From a virus (taxonomy: Duplodnaviria; Caudoviricetes): a DNA stretch of 49,186 nt. A program made the position numbers and the translations under genes. Position 1 is the first letter of the stretch; each line of letters starts with the position of its first letter. The notes beneath the pieces are model-generated. The model did no database searches. It was not told the DNA's origin and was given only the letters and a program-made list of their open reading frames with translations. Below are positions 47,669-49,186 of this stretch, one piece after another. The DNA lies in the IMG/VR virus record IMGVR_UViG_3300012665_000850, positions 1 to 49,186 of that record; one strand, written 5' to 3'.

Positions 47669-47875
47669 ATGATTAACCTAGAGATACCAGACCCATTCGC
47701 TACATTTGTAGCAAAGAAGTACGCAAACTTTACTGGCATGCGCTACGACTTCTTTGGAAAAGAATGGCATATGAATTGTTCATGCTGCAAAGAAGAATTA
47801 TTTGCACCAAATAAAAAAACTATGACAAAGATTAGACTTTATCATACTAGAAATGAATGTACAGGCGGATACTAA
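47669..47875 (+). CDS. Small putative zinc-binding protein
   Basis: CSCC..HTRNEC; TAATG-coupled to dnaE. Confidence 0.65.
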   Translation: MINLEIPDPFATFVAKKYANFTGMRYDFFGKEWHMNCSCCKEELFAPNKKTMTKIRLYHTRNECTGGY

Positions 47876-49186
47876 TGAGCTTTACACACCTACACGTTCA
47901 CTCATACTATTCATTAATGGATGGCCTTAATTCACCTAAAGAATTATGCCAAGCTGCATTAGATGCTGGACAAACAGCAATTGCAATTACAGATCACGGA
48001 ACATTGTCTTCTCACCGTGAAATGCAAATTGCCGCAAAAGAATTAGGCATCAAGCCGATACTTGGAGTTGAAGCGTATATCTCCCCAACAGATAGATTTG
48101 ATCGTTCATCCAAAACAGATAAATCAATTCAGGCATACAATCATATTATCTTATTAGCTAAAAACAAAACTGGATTAAAGAATATCAACATTCTTCAGGA
48201 GCTTGCATGGAACGAAGGGTTCTATCATAAGCCACGTATCGATAGGGAAATTTTAAATGAATACAAAGAAGGCGTTATCGTATTGTCTGGATGTCTTAAT
48301 GGTCTTATTTCGAAGTGCATTGAAAAGGGTGAGTTCAAAGAAGCAAAGATTATCCTACAAGATTTTAAGAAAAATTTTGCTGAGGATTTCTATATTGAAG
48401 TGCAGTCTCACAATGCCCAAGAAATAAATTCAAAGCTTCTTGAGTTAGCAGATGAACTTAAAATTAAAGCGGTAGCAACAGGAGATGCCCACTTTGCTAA
48501 AGAAGAAGATAGAATTCTAGAAGAGGCATTGCTTATTCTATCAACATCCCCAAAGGTCGATAAGGATTCAGACTTCGATATGTCTAGAAATATGAAGGAC
48601 ATGCTAGATAGATTTAATTACTTATATCCTGACCGTAGAATATCATTCCAGGATATGAATTTATTTATTCAGAGCCGCTCAGAAATTGAGGCTGATTTCA
48701 ATAAGTCTGGAATTAATCGTACTGATATTTATGAAAATACCATGGAAATTGCCAACAAGGTTATGGACTATGACTTTAATCAAAACCTAGACCTTCTGCC
48801 AGTCCCAAAGACAGATGCTGATGATAAGCTTAGGGAACTTACCATTAAGGGCTTAGAGAGGCTTCAGAAGGCTTCTGATGAGGTGTATTTGGCACGTGTA
48901 GAGGAAGAGCTTTCAGTAATTGCCTCTAAAAACTTTGCCTCATATTTCTTGGTTGTTGGAGATATGATTAATTGGGCAAAAGAAACTGGCATCCGTGTAG
49001 GCCCAGGCCGTGGTTCAGCAGCAGGATCCCTAGTCTGCTATGCCCTTGGAATCACAGACGTAGATCCAATTAAGTATGATCTATTGTTCTTCCGTTTTAT
49101 TAATCCAGAACGTAATGACTTTCCAGATATCGATACAGACTTTGAAGACCGCCGTCGTAAAGAAGTTAAAGAGTATCTAAAGAAGA
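47875..49186 (+). CDS. dnaE: DNA polymerase III alpha subunit, 3'-truncated by the window and missing from the ORF track
   Basis: MSFTHLHVHSYYSLMDG, AIAITDHG, PILGVEAY (PHP domain); GPGRGSAAGSLVCYALGIT; FPDIDTDF catalytic motif. Confidence 0.96.
   Translation, partial: MSFTHLHVHSYYSLMDGLNSPKELCQAALDAGQTAIAITDHGTLSSHREMQIAAKELGIKPILGVEAYISPTDRFDRSSKTDKSIQAYNHIILLAKNKTGLKNINILQELAWNEGFYHKPRIDREILNEYKEGVIVLSGCLNGLISKCIEKGEFKEAKIILQDFKKNFAEDFYIEVQSHNAQEINSKLLELADELKIKAVATGDAHFAKEEDRILEEALLILSTSPKVDKDSDFDMSRNMKDMLDRFNYLYPDRRISFQDMNLFIQSRSEIEADFNKSGINRTDIYENTMEIANKVMDYDFNQNLDLLPVPKTDADDKLRELTIKGLERLQKASDEVYLARVEEELSVIASKNFASYFLVVGDMINWAKETGIRVGPGRGSAAGSLVCYALGITDVDPIKYDLLFFRFINPERNDFPDIDTDFEDRRRKEVKEYLKK

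Noticed and set aside
433-48602. The many minus-strand ORFs in the track
   Set aside because: All lie opposite well-supported + strand genes and show no recognisable motifs.
1-49186. Stop-codon reassignment or suppressor tRNA
   Set aside because: Genes are full length in the standard code, TAA, TAG and TGA all end genes, and anticodon TAA reads UUA (Leu), not a stop.

Overview
A 49-kb, AT-rich segment of a large long-tailed (siphovirus-like) dsDNA phage. Every credible gene is on the + strand. Gene order: accessory virion/modification locus 1 (1-9.2 kb), LamG-domain protein, head module (portal, protease with nested scaffold, major capsid), neck and tail module (major tail, frameshifting chaperones, 2476-aa tape measure, baseplate, fibres), accessory locus 2 (38-41.3 kb), then a replication module (phosphoesterase, DnaB, DnaG, SSB-like protein, tRNA-Leu(TAA), DnaE running off the end). 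The gene order, leaderless promoters and short-arm tRNA-Leu suggest an actinobacterial host; this is inference. The most striking feature is two parallel loci, each headed by the same paralogous ~165-aa domain, that pair a proline-repeat protein with candidate proline-modifying enzymes. Locus 1 has an FN3-(FFxPPx)21-Hint protein followed by six prolyl-4-hydroxylase-like 2OG-Fe(II) oxygenases and two DUF6065-like proteins. Locus 2 has an (X-P)n protein followed by a 2OG-Fe(II) oxygenase and a GT60-like GlcNAc transferase. Together they look like a phage-encoded hydroxyproline/glycosylation pathway. The tape measure protein also carries an R-S-ExE ADP-ribosyltransferase-like insert. All family assignments come from motif recognition by eye; no database searches were run.
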